Assembly (NCBI GenBank): GCA_028023455.1
Contig: JAQFVV010000008.1
Location: 248,001 to 312,000 of the forward strand
Direction of reading: 5' to 3'
Source: Epiperipatus broadwayi
Lineage: Eukaryota; Animalia; Onychophora
DNA: 64,000 nucleotides
Part shown: positions 40,560-51,351 of the stretch, piece after piece
How the letters are laid out: each line of letters starts with the position of its first letter
How positions within the stretch are numbered: position 1 is the first letter of the stretch
Notes under the pieces: generated by a model
Seen by the model: only the letters and a program-made list of their open reading frames with translations
What the model was told of the DNA's origin: nothing
Databases searched by the model: none
Program-made: the position numbers and the translations under genes

Positions 40560-42690
40560 AAAGAAAGAATGTAGCTCTAGAGAAGAATTAAGAATATGTA
40601 ATGGATATAGAAAAGATGTTAAGACATGAAAGACAGTGATAGCAAAACATTATAGCACATAGTAATGGAAATATTAGTTTTACAGAAAATGGATGAGGCA
40701 GGGAAGAAAGTGGAAAGGCAAGAGGTTTAGATTGATGGACAGCAGAGATGGTGATGAATTTGGGAAATAGAGAAAATTAAATCTAATATCATTTTTAATA
40801 AGATGGCATGACACAGAAGACAGAATTTCCAGATAGCTAAATACAAGAAAAAGGCTGTTATTTAAAGGAAAGGGTAACGTCCATAGAAAGATAATCAATT
40901 ATAGACAGACAGTGGTAATGTTAGTGTTATATAAAGTTTTTGCATATATGGTGGCTGGAAGTATAGCAAAATGGATGGAAGAAAATAATATAATGGGAGA
41001 ACAGATAGGCATATAGGAGATAGTTTATTTTTTAGTCACACAACTTACAGATATGAGTAAGAATACAGGTAGACAGTTATATATGGTCTTTATAGAGAAG
41101 GCATATGATAGAATAAGTAGAAATAGAATATGGGTAAGTATAGTAAATTTGGGAATGAATGGAACTTTAATAGATCTTATTAAGAGATTGTATGAAAATA
41201 ATTACTATACATATCAATTAAAAAATATAGAATCAGTTAAGTTAAAAATGGGGTGGATCTAAGGCAATGATACCCTATGTCATCTATTTTGTTTTTGCTA
41301 TATTTGAGAGAAATGGAGAGAGCAATAGGAAGAGGGATACCATTAATAGATGGCAAGGGGGTTTATATATTATCAGGTCTTTTATTTGCTGATGATATGT
41401 TTTTGTGCACAGAAAGGAGGGAAGATATGGAAGTTATGCTGAAGATGTGTGCAAGGGTAGGTAAGGAGATGGGGATTAAATTTAGTGAAGAAAAATCAAA
41501 AGTGATGATAAATACAGGGGATGAGAAGAGAAAGAATTTTTATTGGGGGATATAAAGTTAAATGTGATGAATAGGTTTAACTATTTGAGAATCATCTTAA
41601 CTAATCAGAGTAATTACTTGGATGAATGGGAGAAAAAATTGATGAATGAAGCAAAGAAAAAAAAAGGACTAATAAAGAAATTAAGTGTTTTCATATAATA
41701 AACATGATGTAGCAAGAACAGTATGGAAGGGAGTGGCACTTATAGTAACAGCGTGTTATGTGCTGATAAAGGGGTGTTAGATTACTTACAATAAGTACAA
41801 AGATAAGTAGGAAAACATGCATTAGATGCAGATAGATGGATGGCAAAGGAGGTAGTTCAAGGAGAAATGGGATGATTAAGTTTTTATATGAGAGATGCAA
41901 AAAGCAAAATGAAAATATTGATAGATTGCAATTTGTGGATAGTAAGAGAATTGCCAAAATAGTATTTAATTGGGTTACGAGTAAAGGACAGGCAACTAGA
42001 TGAGTGAGAAAGGTAGTATGGTTTGCAGAAGATTTACATAAAGACTTTTTGTCAGTACACTTTTACAAAAGGTGGTATGATTGTGTTAGAAGAATAGTGT
42101 TACAGTGGCAAAAAATGGAATGGAAGAATAGACATATTAATAAAAAAAATAGGAAGTTGGAGAGATGGAGAACTAGTATGAAGAATAAAACGAGGTTAAA
42201 TATATATAGAAGTAAACAGAATATTGGGTGTGAGTTAATTTATGATAATAGCAAGGAAAGTAGTTTACTGCTTAAGGCTCAAACAGGAACGTTAGCAACA
42301 AGGGAATATACACACAAATGGTGAAATGCGGGTGATTTAGTCTGCAAGTTATGTAAGGAAGGCATGGAAAATATTGGGCATCTGCTAATTGAATGTAGCA
42401 GAAAGGGTATACATAGTGAAGTTTTTGGAGAATAAACAAACAAAGTGATTGTACAGAAAGTGGGTTCTTGGTTTTTATGCTGTATCTAGAAAAAGATAAG
42501 GAGATTTAGATGTAAAGATCATAGAGTCGACAAAAATGATATTGTGAAAATGGAGCAGGATAGGGAAGAATATGGGTAAAACTTAAGGTGGGTAATAGAA
42601 AGAAAGATAAGACGGCTAACAGGTTTCCCTAGGCATAGGGTTTGGGATATTCCTGACTTCAATAAAGGAGAAGTCATAGTGCATCGCATT
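40560..42690 (+). mobile_element. Non-LTR retrotransposon remnant (RT plus C-terminal CCHC), clade unassigned
   Basis: FIEKAYDRI, LRQ*YPMSSILFLLYL, LLFADDMFL, SSLLLKAQTGTL, CKLC..ENIGHLLIEC; 3' UTR with AATAAA. Confidence 0.85.
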
Positions 42691-42999
42691 GTACTTAATT
42701 TTTGATCAAAATTATTCAGAATATAACACCTTTGATCTATAGTTAATGATTCAAAGCTTTAATCACTTAGAAATATTTATAGAATCAAATGCCTTTTGGG
42801 GAATAGAAAGGTAGGTAAGGTGGCTAACAGGTTTTTCTGGGCATAATGGTTGAGAGATTCCTGACTTCGATAAAGGAGAAGCCACACATTGTATTGCATT
42901 TTGATAAATATTGTTCAGAATATGATAACATCTTTGATCTATATTTAATGATTCAAAGCTTTAATCACTTAGAAGTATTTATAGAATCAAATGCCTTTT
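42594..42999. repeat. ~205-bp diverged tandem duplication spanning a LINE/LINE junction
   Basis: 42594-42797 resembles 42798-42999; each unit contains the plus-strand LINE 3' end and the end of the minus-strand RTE fragment. Confidence 0.85.
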
Positions 43000-43360
43000 A
43001 TAATTTATAAATCTAAAGCATAATGGCAATTCATATTTGTTGGTTCTTTTTATAACTTCTTTCAGCATTTGAATATAATTCACAATTTTAAAATCACTTT
43101 TAAATGCAGCTGGGTCTTTTAGTTGGTCTGTATCCAAAGTTTGCTGTAGATAAGTTGTAATTATCTTGTTAAAGATTTTATGTAGAAGATTGACAAGACT
43201 ATAATTTCTAATATCTTTTTTATCATCTTCCTTAAATATCAATGATACTATTGCATTATTCCAATTATCTGGTACATATTAATTATTTAGACATTTGGTA
43301 TATAATTTTTTTAGTAGTTTTTTTATTTCCTCACCTGTTCATCTAATGCCATTGTTATAT
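42960..43360 (-). mobile_element. RTE-clade RT fragment
   Basis: PDNWNNAIVSLIFK..DIRNYSLVNLLHKIFNKII...PLCFRFINY plus frameshifted KAFDSI. Confidence 0.8.
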
Positions 43361-44432
43361 GAACAAAAACTTTTTTTTCAAAAAAAAAAAAACAAATTCA
43401 AAAGGTGAACTATACTTGAAAATATTAAATTTAAATAAAATAATATATATCTTTTTATCACAAAGGAATTATGATAAAATAATTAGTTTCATCTATATCT
43501 TTAATAAAAGATATGCACATATATATATTTATACCTAGCTTTTGTGATTTTTCAATTTATTTGTCAGTTTTATCTTTAGCATGGATTTTTCCTTTAACTA
43601 TCTCATAATATTCCTTATGAAATATTGCTTTCCAGAAGTTTTGAAATGTTTTTTACTTATTGGTTGTTGAGAATAAGTCAACTTTCTGAAACAGACATCC
43701 ATAAAAATTCAGGATCTTTAAAGGGACAAATTCAATTTCAGATTAAATTGTCAGTATTGGTAAATGATATGGTTATATATTCAGAAAATTAGCACACAGC
43801 ACAAGTGAGAGATCTAGACAGCTATTTGGAGATGATCACTATTTTCAGATATTGAAATCATCTTATGCTCAGATATTATGTAATTCTACTTTCCTAGACT
43901 TTTTTCTACATATATTTTTTAATCTTAATTAAACCTTGGTCTGCCACTGGTGTCTCTTTCTTTCTTATTTATAAATAATTATATTTTAATTCCAATTCTT
44001 TACTTTGTTAACATGAGTTTATTTCCATGTCATTAACAGTTTAAGCCAGGAATAATAATTTCATAGAGAAGTAGTTACATTTATTTATTTTAATTTGTGT
44101 TACTACTATTATCATATGTAAGCCTTTTCTTAATCTTGATTTGTTAAACTTTTTATGCAGCTTATTATATTACTCTTTTTATGCCCTCCGTAGTTTAGTG
44201 CAATAATAGAATAGAAAGTTTATAGATTGTAGCCCAGATAAGTCATTTCCATTGCTTGAACTTTTTCATTCGATTTTTTTTCTTCTATTATACTGTTTGT
44301 TTTTTCTTTTAAATTTATATAAGAAAAAATGGCTGTATTTTAAGTAGTCAACATTTTAGTATATCATTTTTATATAATGAAGCTTGTTTATAAATCAATA
44401 ATTTAGTGCAGCATATATATATATGTCATAAT

Positions 44433-44538
44433 ATAGAAGGAAATTAATCTTCAAACATGCATTGTTCAAATTTAAAGTTTAACTCTCCATTTACTTTAAA
44501 TTTGAACAATGCATATTTGAAGGTTGATTTTCTTCTAT
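44433..44538. repeat. Hairpin, 46-bp arms with a 14-nt loop
   Basis: Arms 44433-44478 and 44493-44538 differ by four transitions. Confidence 0.9.
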
Positions 44539-45972
44539 GTGATTATAAGGAAGCTTGCTATAATAAACGCTTTTGTATTAACTTGCCTTGTGTTTCTGTC
44601 AGATGTCCAAAGTTTTGAATTTTTAACAATTAAAAAAAATCTATTCCCCTTTGCAACTGTTTCCCAGGAAAAAATGCTTAACAACTGAGCCAATGGAAAT
44701 ATTACATTTATAGTGTAAAATTTTGTTAATATTTTTTATTAAAATTTAAATTCTTCTTCTAAAATACTTAATATTTCATAAATATTTTGTGAAAAAAATA
44801 ATAAATTTGTAAAAAAAAAAGTTAGAAAAGTAATTAAAAAGTCAATATATAAATATTTTTAGTAGATAATTATATGATATTTACATTTAGAATTTGTTTG
44901 TTAGAGGATGTATTTTTTATTTTCACATCTTATTAAATTATAATTTTTGTCTGATTTTTTTTTTTTTTTGTTTAACCATTTTTTAAAATAATTTATAAGT
45001 ACCAAATGTATCCAGCTTTTGAAAGGCCGTTGTATTGTTGTTTAATTTGATATCATTACTTCCTTTGCATTAAATTCTTCATAATAAAATTAAGTATTAT
45101 TAAATCTAATATTTGTAAAAAAAAAAATTGTAATTATTTTTAACAAATTTTGTTTTAAGATTTAATGTAAATATATGTTTTTTGGGTAAACTTTGCTGAA
45201 TATGTCAGACCATAAAAGTATTTTAATAAAGCTAAATTAATTTTTAGATATGCCTATAATATTTAACAGCATTATGGTACAACTATATATTTACTAGAGC
45301 ACTTTCTGAAAAAAAAACTTAATTTTTTTTTACAATTTTTCGACAGCTCCTGAACAAACTTTTTTTTAGCTTTATTAATAGTTAACATTTATTAATACAA
45401 AAATGACAGTCTTTCAGCCTATCATTTTTATTAAATATAATATTTGTAATTTTTTGTTGAATTGGTTGTTTTAACAATTTTTTTTAAAGATTTAATATAA
45501 ATATATGTTTTTTAGTAAACATTGCTGAGCATGTTCTTCATCAGAACTAAACATGGGAGGGTCTTAACGCTGAATTACGAATCAACATTTATGTGTTTCT
45601 GCAGCGAGCTGGCAATCTTTACTCCAAAATATACAATTAGTTGTGAAGCTAGCTCACTCGGTCCTGGGCTCCTACCAGGCCACCAAACATGTAGAGTTGA
45701 AGCCAAATGAATGCTGAAGTAGTTATCACCCCACTACCTTTTGTGAATTTGCCCTGCCCGTGTTATTATGGTTTAATAGCAGAACAAATAATTTTTTCCA
45801 TTGAAAAATATGCCTCATTGTTAATTTGACATCATACAACAGAGAAAATAGGAATTTTACATGTAAGATAACTAAAAAGAAAAAAATATGTAAAAAAAAA
45901 TTTTTAAATAATGCTTTTATGTAAATAACCAACTAAAAAATATAAAATAACAAAGTAATCTGTCTCTTGGTT

Positions 45973-46202
45973 AATTTGCCATTCTTGGAAAATATCAGAG
46001 ATCTTAAGAATCTAGATTTGTTATAAAACAATTGGAAATTGCTGGAATATTATCATGTAAATAAAAGCCTAAGACCTTTTTGATTTTTATGATTTATTTG
46101 AACCTCAAATGCTTTATTTAAATAATATTCCAGCAATTTCTAATTGTTTTATAACAAGTCTAGATTTTTAAGATCTCTGATATTTTTCAAAAACAGCAAA
46201 TT
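45973..46202. repeat. MITE-like inverted repeat, 69-bp core arms
   Basis: 45985-46053 and 46122-46190 differ by four transitions; the outer ~12 bp is degenerate. Confidence 0.85.
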
Positions 46203-46218
46203 CTAAAATTTGGCTATC

Positions 46219-46285
46219 ACTAAACATCACGTTCACTATTTCTTATACTAGCACATATGTATGGAGAGTTTTGCCTTGTTTATTT
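46219..46285. mobile_element. Minimal copy of the Penelope-like family (two ends back-to-back)
   Basis: AAACATCAC..CACTATTTCTTATACTAGCACATA is fused to TGTATGGAGAGTTTTGCC..; flanked by AATTTGG(C/A)TATC at 46207-46218 and 46286-46297. Confidence 0.7.
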
Positions 46286-47099
46286 AATTTGGATATCTCG
46301 ACAGAAACACAGACAGTGCAAGTTAATATAAAAAGCACTTAATTTTTTAATAACTTTGGCTTTGAATACATCTTTGCTATAATATTTTCAGATTCTTTTT
46401 TCTCAAATTCTTACAAAACTACTATTTAATAGTTCTTACTATTGTCTAAGATTGTGAAGTGACTTTATTTCTTTAATTCATTTTCTTTTTACTATATTTG
46501 TTTTAATCAGCATATCAAGAGGCATTGAAAATTAATCACTTTCATATATATTAGAATAAATTAAACTAATACATGCTTTTTCAATAGATAATATATAAAA
46601 AAAAATTATCTTTTATTATAAGGTAGTTTGTATGTCTTGTGCAGAATAAAGATCTAATTTAATTATATATAATAGATTAGTAAAATCCTTTTTTTTATTA
46701 TCATCTTCCTCGTCTAGACAAAAATAAGAATAATCATCCTTCATGAAACTCTTTTCTTTGCCTGTATGATGATTCTTTTTTTTTTTTTTGTAATAGTTTT
46801 CTGACACTCTTAAGATGTATAATGATGTTTCTAAATTTTTATTACTTTAGTACTTTGAATTCTATCTCATAGTAAATCTTTTTTTATTATTGATAACCTT
46901 TATATTTACTTAGATAAATTACAACAGAACTCATATCAGTTTACTTAAAATGGGCTGTATTGCCTAATTTAATTTTAGTTTTCTTACAAGGCATTTGACA
47001 TGTTATTATTTGACAGTTGTCAATTAATATTTATTTTTTCATTGCAATAATATATATATAACACACATTCTACTTGTAAAAAAACTATATTATTAATAA

Positions 47100-48000
47100 T
47101 ATTCAGATCAAAATAGAAGTTTGTTGCTCCTTTAAATTCTCAAGATTATTGTCAGAACTCAAGATAATGCTGTGCTGATATGTGCACCCTTCGTAGTTTT
47201 ATAGCATCTTATGATCATAAGCTATGTATCTTACAATTAGTCATACAGACAAAAAGTAGATCAGAAATGTTACATCTAATCGAAGAACTCTTAGTGAACC
47301 AAAAATGATTTGTCTGTCAAAATTCAGTGTAAAAAAATTCAGAAATGTTATATTTGATAAGTTGAGATGAAATTGGGCAAACCTCATAATTTATTAGTGT
47401 GTTGTAATACATTTATACAAAATATTAAGTCTAACTTGGATGCATAAAAATCTCATAACCTTCAACAATCAAACTTCAGATACATTCCCAACACAATCTT
47501 TACTCAAAAGTACTCTTTTAACATATGAAAACATATCTCTCTTTCTAAGTCTTCCATCATCTCACAACAAATTCTCCATTCACTCTTTTCTGTCTTACTT
47601 TCTTTGGATAAAAAGATTTTAAAATCAACAAAAAAATAATATATATTTTCATGTTCTAATTTAGTTTCATTTATTGTCTTCATGAACATTGAATAACATT
47701 ATTTTCAATATGCCTGAATTAATGTGTTGAGAAAAATCTTTTTCAAAAAATATTTTTCATTTTCAGGCAGGAAATTAGCTTTTCTATAATCCTGGCAACT
47801 TTATTATTGTATGGAAATAATTTTTTTCTCTAGAATTTTAATCTTAATATTTTCCATTATAGTACTTAATTCAACTGTTAATGAGATGATTTTTCCAATT
47901 ATTTCCTTTGTTGTCAATTGCAATTTGAATAGCCTTTCTTCGTGAATCTAATTTTTTTATTCTGAAGGAACAATTCCAGATAAGCTCATTATTTATAGAT
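47100..48000 (-). mobile_element. Highly degenerate LINE RT remnant
   Basis: SCQDYRKANFL (cf. C.NYR.ISLL), YFFVDFK, GLP.. and Y..IILSS..NLKEQ in RT domain order. Confidence 0.4.
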
Positions 48001-49501
48001 TTCTTAATTGAGCTTTCCATTATTTTGTTGCTTCGAAATATATTATTGTAAAATAAGCACAAAATTTTTCAGAAGTTCATTATTTCTTCCATTATGGTAA
48101 ATTATTCTTGTAAAACTTTTATAATACTCATAGATTTATTTATATTATTCATATCATTTTTATATTCTTTTTTAGTATTCCTGTCTTGCTTATTCTTTTG
48201 CGTAAATTTTTTTGTATTACATGTAATTTTCTGTTTGCTTAATCATTTAATGATTTATCAGATCATGTAATTTGATTGCCATAATATAATGTGAGATAGA
48301 TGGAAGAAAGTATTACACAATTATACATGGGCATACATTGATGTACCATAATATAACATGCTATAGTGTAAGGTTTTGAAAAGTTAATAAAAATCAGTCC
48401 TCTATCAAGTCCATAGTGCAAAGTGAATATTCCCTTGGTTGGAAATTAAGATTGACACTTGATGATTATCTTCATGGTTTATTTTAACTTAATACCATTT
48501 ATTGAGGATATTTAAATAATACTCTAAAAGTCAGATTACAAGTTTATACTTTTGTAGAGTAGCTTGTAGTCCTATCATGAGAATCCTGCTACTTGGACTA
48601 CCAGATCAATCTCTCAAATCCAATCTTGTTAACCAGAATCTCCTTATTTCACAATCCCGAACTAAAACACTACACACAGAACATGATTCTTGCGATAGTA
48701 ATGACCAGACAAATCATATTCATATATATGCAATATATAGACATATAGAAATGCAAAAGAATAAAAATACATTAAGAAAACATCTATTCAACAATGACAA
48801 GACTTTAAAATAACATAAAATCTCACATGTAATATATAAAGTATTTACAGAGAATAATTTATTTTTTAATAAGTTTCCAATTTCTTTTCTGATATTAGAA
48901 GCTTGATGTCTCACAAGTTCCTATTGCTGCATAAATAATGTTTTGTATAATAAGAATAGATATGTAAATAAATAGGGGATTGTAGGAACAGGTGGTTTGA
49001 AGAGAACTTTCCCCTTTAAATGAGAAGAAATATAAAAGGATTATAACATTTAGTAAAATATTTGAAGAGAACTTTCACCAAATTTCCTTATGGAGGCTCT
49101 GAACAATTAAAATAATTAGACTTTGCTTGATCTTTAATAAAATATGTATTCATATATTTGTATTTAAATCAGGTTTTTCCATTTCTTCAATTTATTGTCA
49201 GTCTTGTCTTCGCTGTGGATTTTTTAACTATGTTTTGGATAAATTTGCTTCTTTTGAAATATTGTTACATTCAAGCATTTTTATTTTTTTTTACTTTCCT
49301 TTGTAACATAATAATATATATTTATGATTGGTGTTAAACCAGAAAACATCACATGATCACTATTTCTTATGCTTGCACATAACTGTTATTAAAACAGGCA
49401 AAACTCTCCATACAGTAGTGCTACTCGGTGCCAGCCAGAGTAATCAATGGATGCCAGAAGGCTTGTGCATAAAATCCCCATCTAGTGCCTACTCATCCAA
49501 T

Positions 49502-49543
49502 ATCCCAGACTAGTTTCTGGCTTGTGGCCTTCGTCAGTGAGAA
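49502..49543 (-). ncRNA. Minimal type I hammerhead ribozyme motif, catalytic core intact
   Basis: Minus strand TTCTCA-CTGACGA-AGGC cacaa GCCA-GAAAC TA GTC-TGGGAT; CUGANGA, GAAA and GUC are all present; predicted cut between 49508 and 49507. Confidence 0.8.
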
Positions 49544-49942
49544 GCCTTGGATTTGAGAGCACTGCACCTAGATCTTAGGATCTAATGCAACCCTCTAGCT
49601 GGCACTGAGTGGCACTAATGTATGGAGAATTTTGCCTGTTTTAATAACAGTTATGAACAAGCATAAGAAATGGTGATCATATGATGTTTTGTGGTTTAAC
49701 ACCAATCCTGCCTTATAGGATAGTGGTGGCTATGGTTGTTAAAGAGCCAAAGATACCAAAATGTTTGGGTATTAAACTGAGTTCAGACCCATATGACTAT
49801 ATAAGCTATTGAGATTAGATTGAAAATATTATTGTTTTCAATTTTATTCTCATAGTTTTGTAATTAAGTAGAGATAAAAGGTGGCTGCTGGAGGGTTGCA
49901 TTAGATTCTAAGATCTAGGTGCAATGCTCTCAGATCCAAGGC

Positions 49943-49984
49943 TCCTCACTAATGAAGGCCACAAGCCAGAATCTAGTCTGAGGA
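49943..49984 (+). ncRNA. Minimal type I hammerhead ribozyme motif, core decayed
   Basis: TCCTCA-CTAATGA-AGGC cacaa GCCA-GAATC TA GTC-TGAGGA; perfect stem I, but G5 and A15.1 are mutated. Confidence 0.65.
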
Positions 49985-50586
49985 TAGTCGATGAGTAGGC
50001 ACTAGATGGGCATTTTATGCACAAGCCTTCTAGCATCCATTGATTACTCTGGCTGGCACTGAGTGGCACTACTGTATGGAGAGTTTTGCCTGTTTTAATA
50101 TATTTATGAGATTAGCTATTGCTTATTCATGAACTGGTTCACTTTCATAATGAAACAAGCAACCATAAAAATCTCATGGTCTCTTTAATGTAATAGGATG
50201 ACATAAATGCTTCTAAATCCTTATTTGATAACCCTTTGTTTTAGATAGCACGCATAATGGGCATTTATGATAGATTAAACGTATATAGACAAATACAAAA
50301 TAACCTAATCATCAAATGTCATGGGCGATGGGACTTTTGCAATGATAAGCTCCGCCATAATAGGTGATCATTATTTAGGTAACCCTTATTTAGGAATTAT
50401 AAGCATCGGTGGTCCATGATTGTAATCATTTGCAAGCCCAACATTTGCTTGAATCTATTACATGCCCATACTATAGCTAAGGTTTTTTGTTCATTATTTC
50501 TTTTTGTAATAAGTAAAGTTATTATTTTTTCAATTAATCTGTTTGAGATTTTGTAATTCTTCAAAATTTATACAATGTATATATAT

Positions 50587-51351
50587 TGTAACGGTCAGAA
50601 TCGTCTATCTCGCTAACACACTGCATAATTCAAACCCCAGACACTAAACTGAACATTCTAGGAGGGGTTGCCTTCTAGATATACTAAGTTCGAATCTAAA
50701 GTCCAAATTTCACAGCGCCACCTACGTGATAACGCATCTGATGCTACAACTAGTATAACCTTTTACCGGTGCCTGGTGGTCAGGGAGAAACAAAAGACTC
50801 TATACTAAGATAAGTTTGGGTGGCTGGACCCGGAAAAAAAAAATTTACTATGTAACGGTCAGAATCGTCTATCTCGCTAACACACTGCATAATTCAAACC
50901 CCAGACTAAACTGAACATTCTAGGAGGGGTTGCCTTCTAGATATACTAAGTTCGAATCTAAAGTCCAAATTTCACAGCGCCACCTACGTGATAACGCATC
51001 TGATGCTACAACTAGTATAACCTTTTACCGGTGCCTGGTGGTCAGGGAGAAACAAAAGACTCTATACTAAGATAAGTTTGGGTGGCTAATTAACGTCTAT
51101 GGATTTATAAAAGAAATGCAGAAAATATATATATATAGACCGAGACAGTGATAGGAATCAAATAAAATAAGATAAAATTTAGTTTTAAATAATTTCACAC
51201 AATTTATTTATATAAATATATATATAACGCCACTGTCTGCTTATATGAGACAGGGACGCATATTAAATAATTGTTGGCATTTATATTTCAGTAATGACAA
51301 AAGGTTTTAAAACAGAGTGATATATTCTATTCCTCGGGCTAATAGCGTTAC
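50587..51351. mobile_element. LTR-like sequence with a duplicated first ~239 bp
   Basis: Starts TGTAACG and ends CGTTACG (one change from CGTTACA); 50587-50825 equals 50851-51087 except for a 2-bp indel; no clean TSD, PBS or PPT seen. Confidence 0.5.

Larger units (their letters stand above)
49328..50097. mobile_element. Penelope-like inverted plus partial-tandem insertion, copy 2
   Basis: 12-bp direct repeat ATATATTTATGA at 49316-49327 and 50098-50109; left arm inverted against both 49598-49707 and 49887-50100; two hammerhead motifs. Confidence 0.75.

Noticed and set aside
7474-50100. General rule that inverted-repeat mismatches favour G-U on the transcribed strand
   Set aside because: The larger IRs at 7474-8060 and 38280-38799 show mixed polarity; the bias is seen only in three small hairpins.
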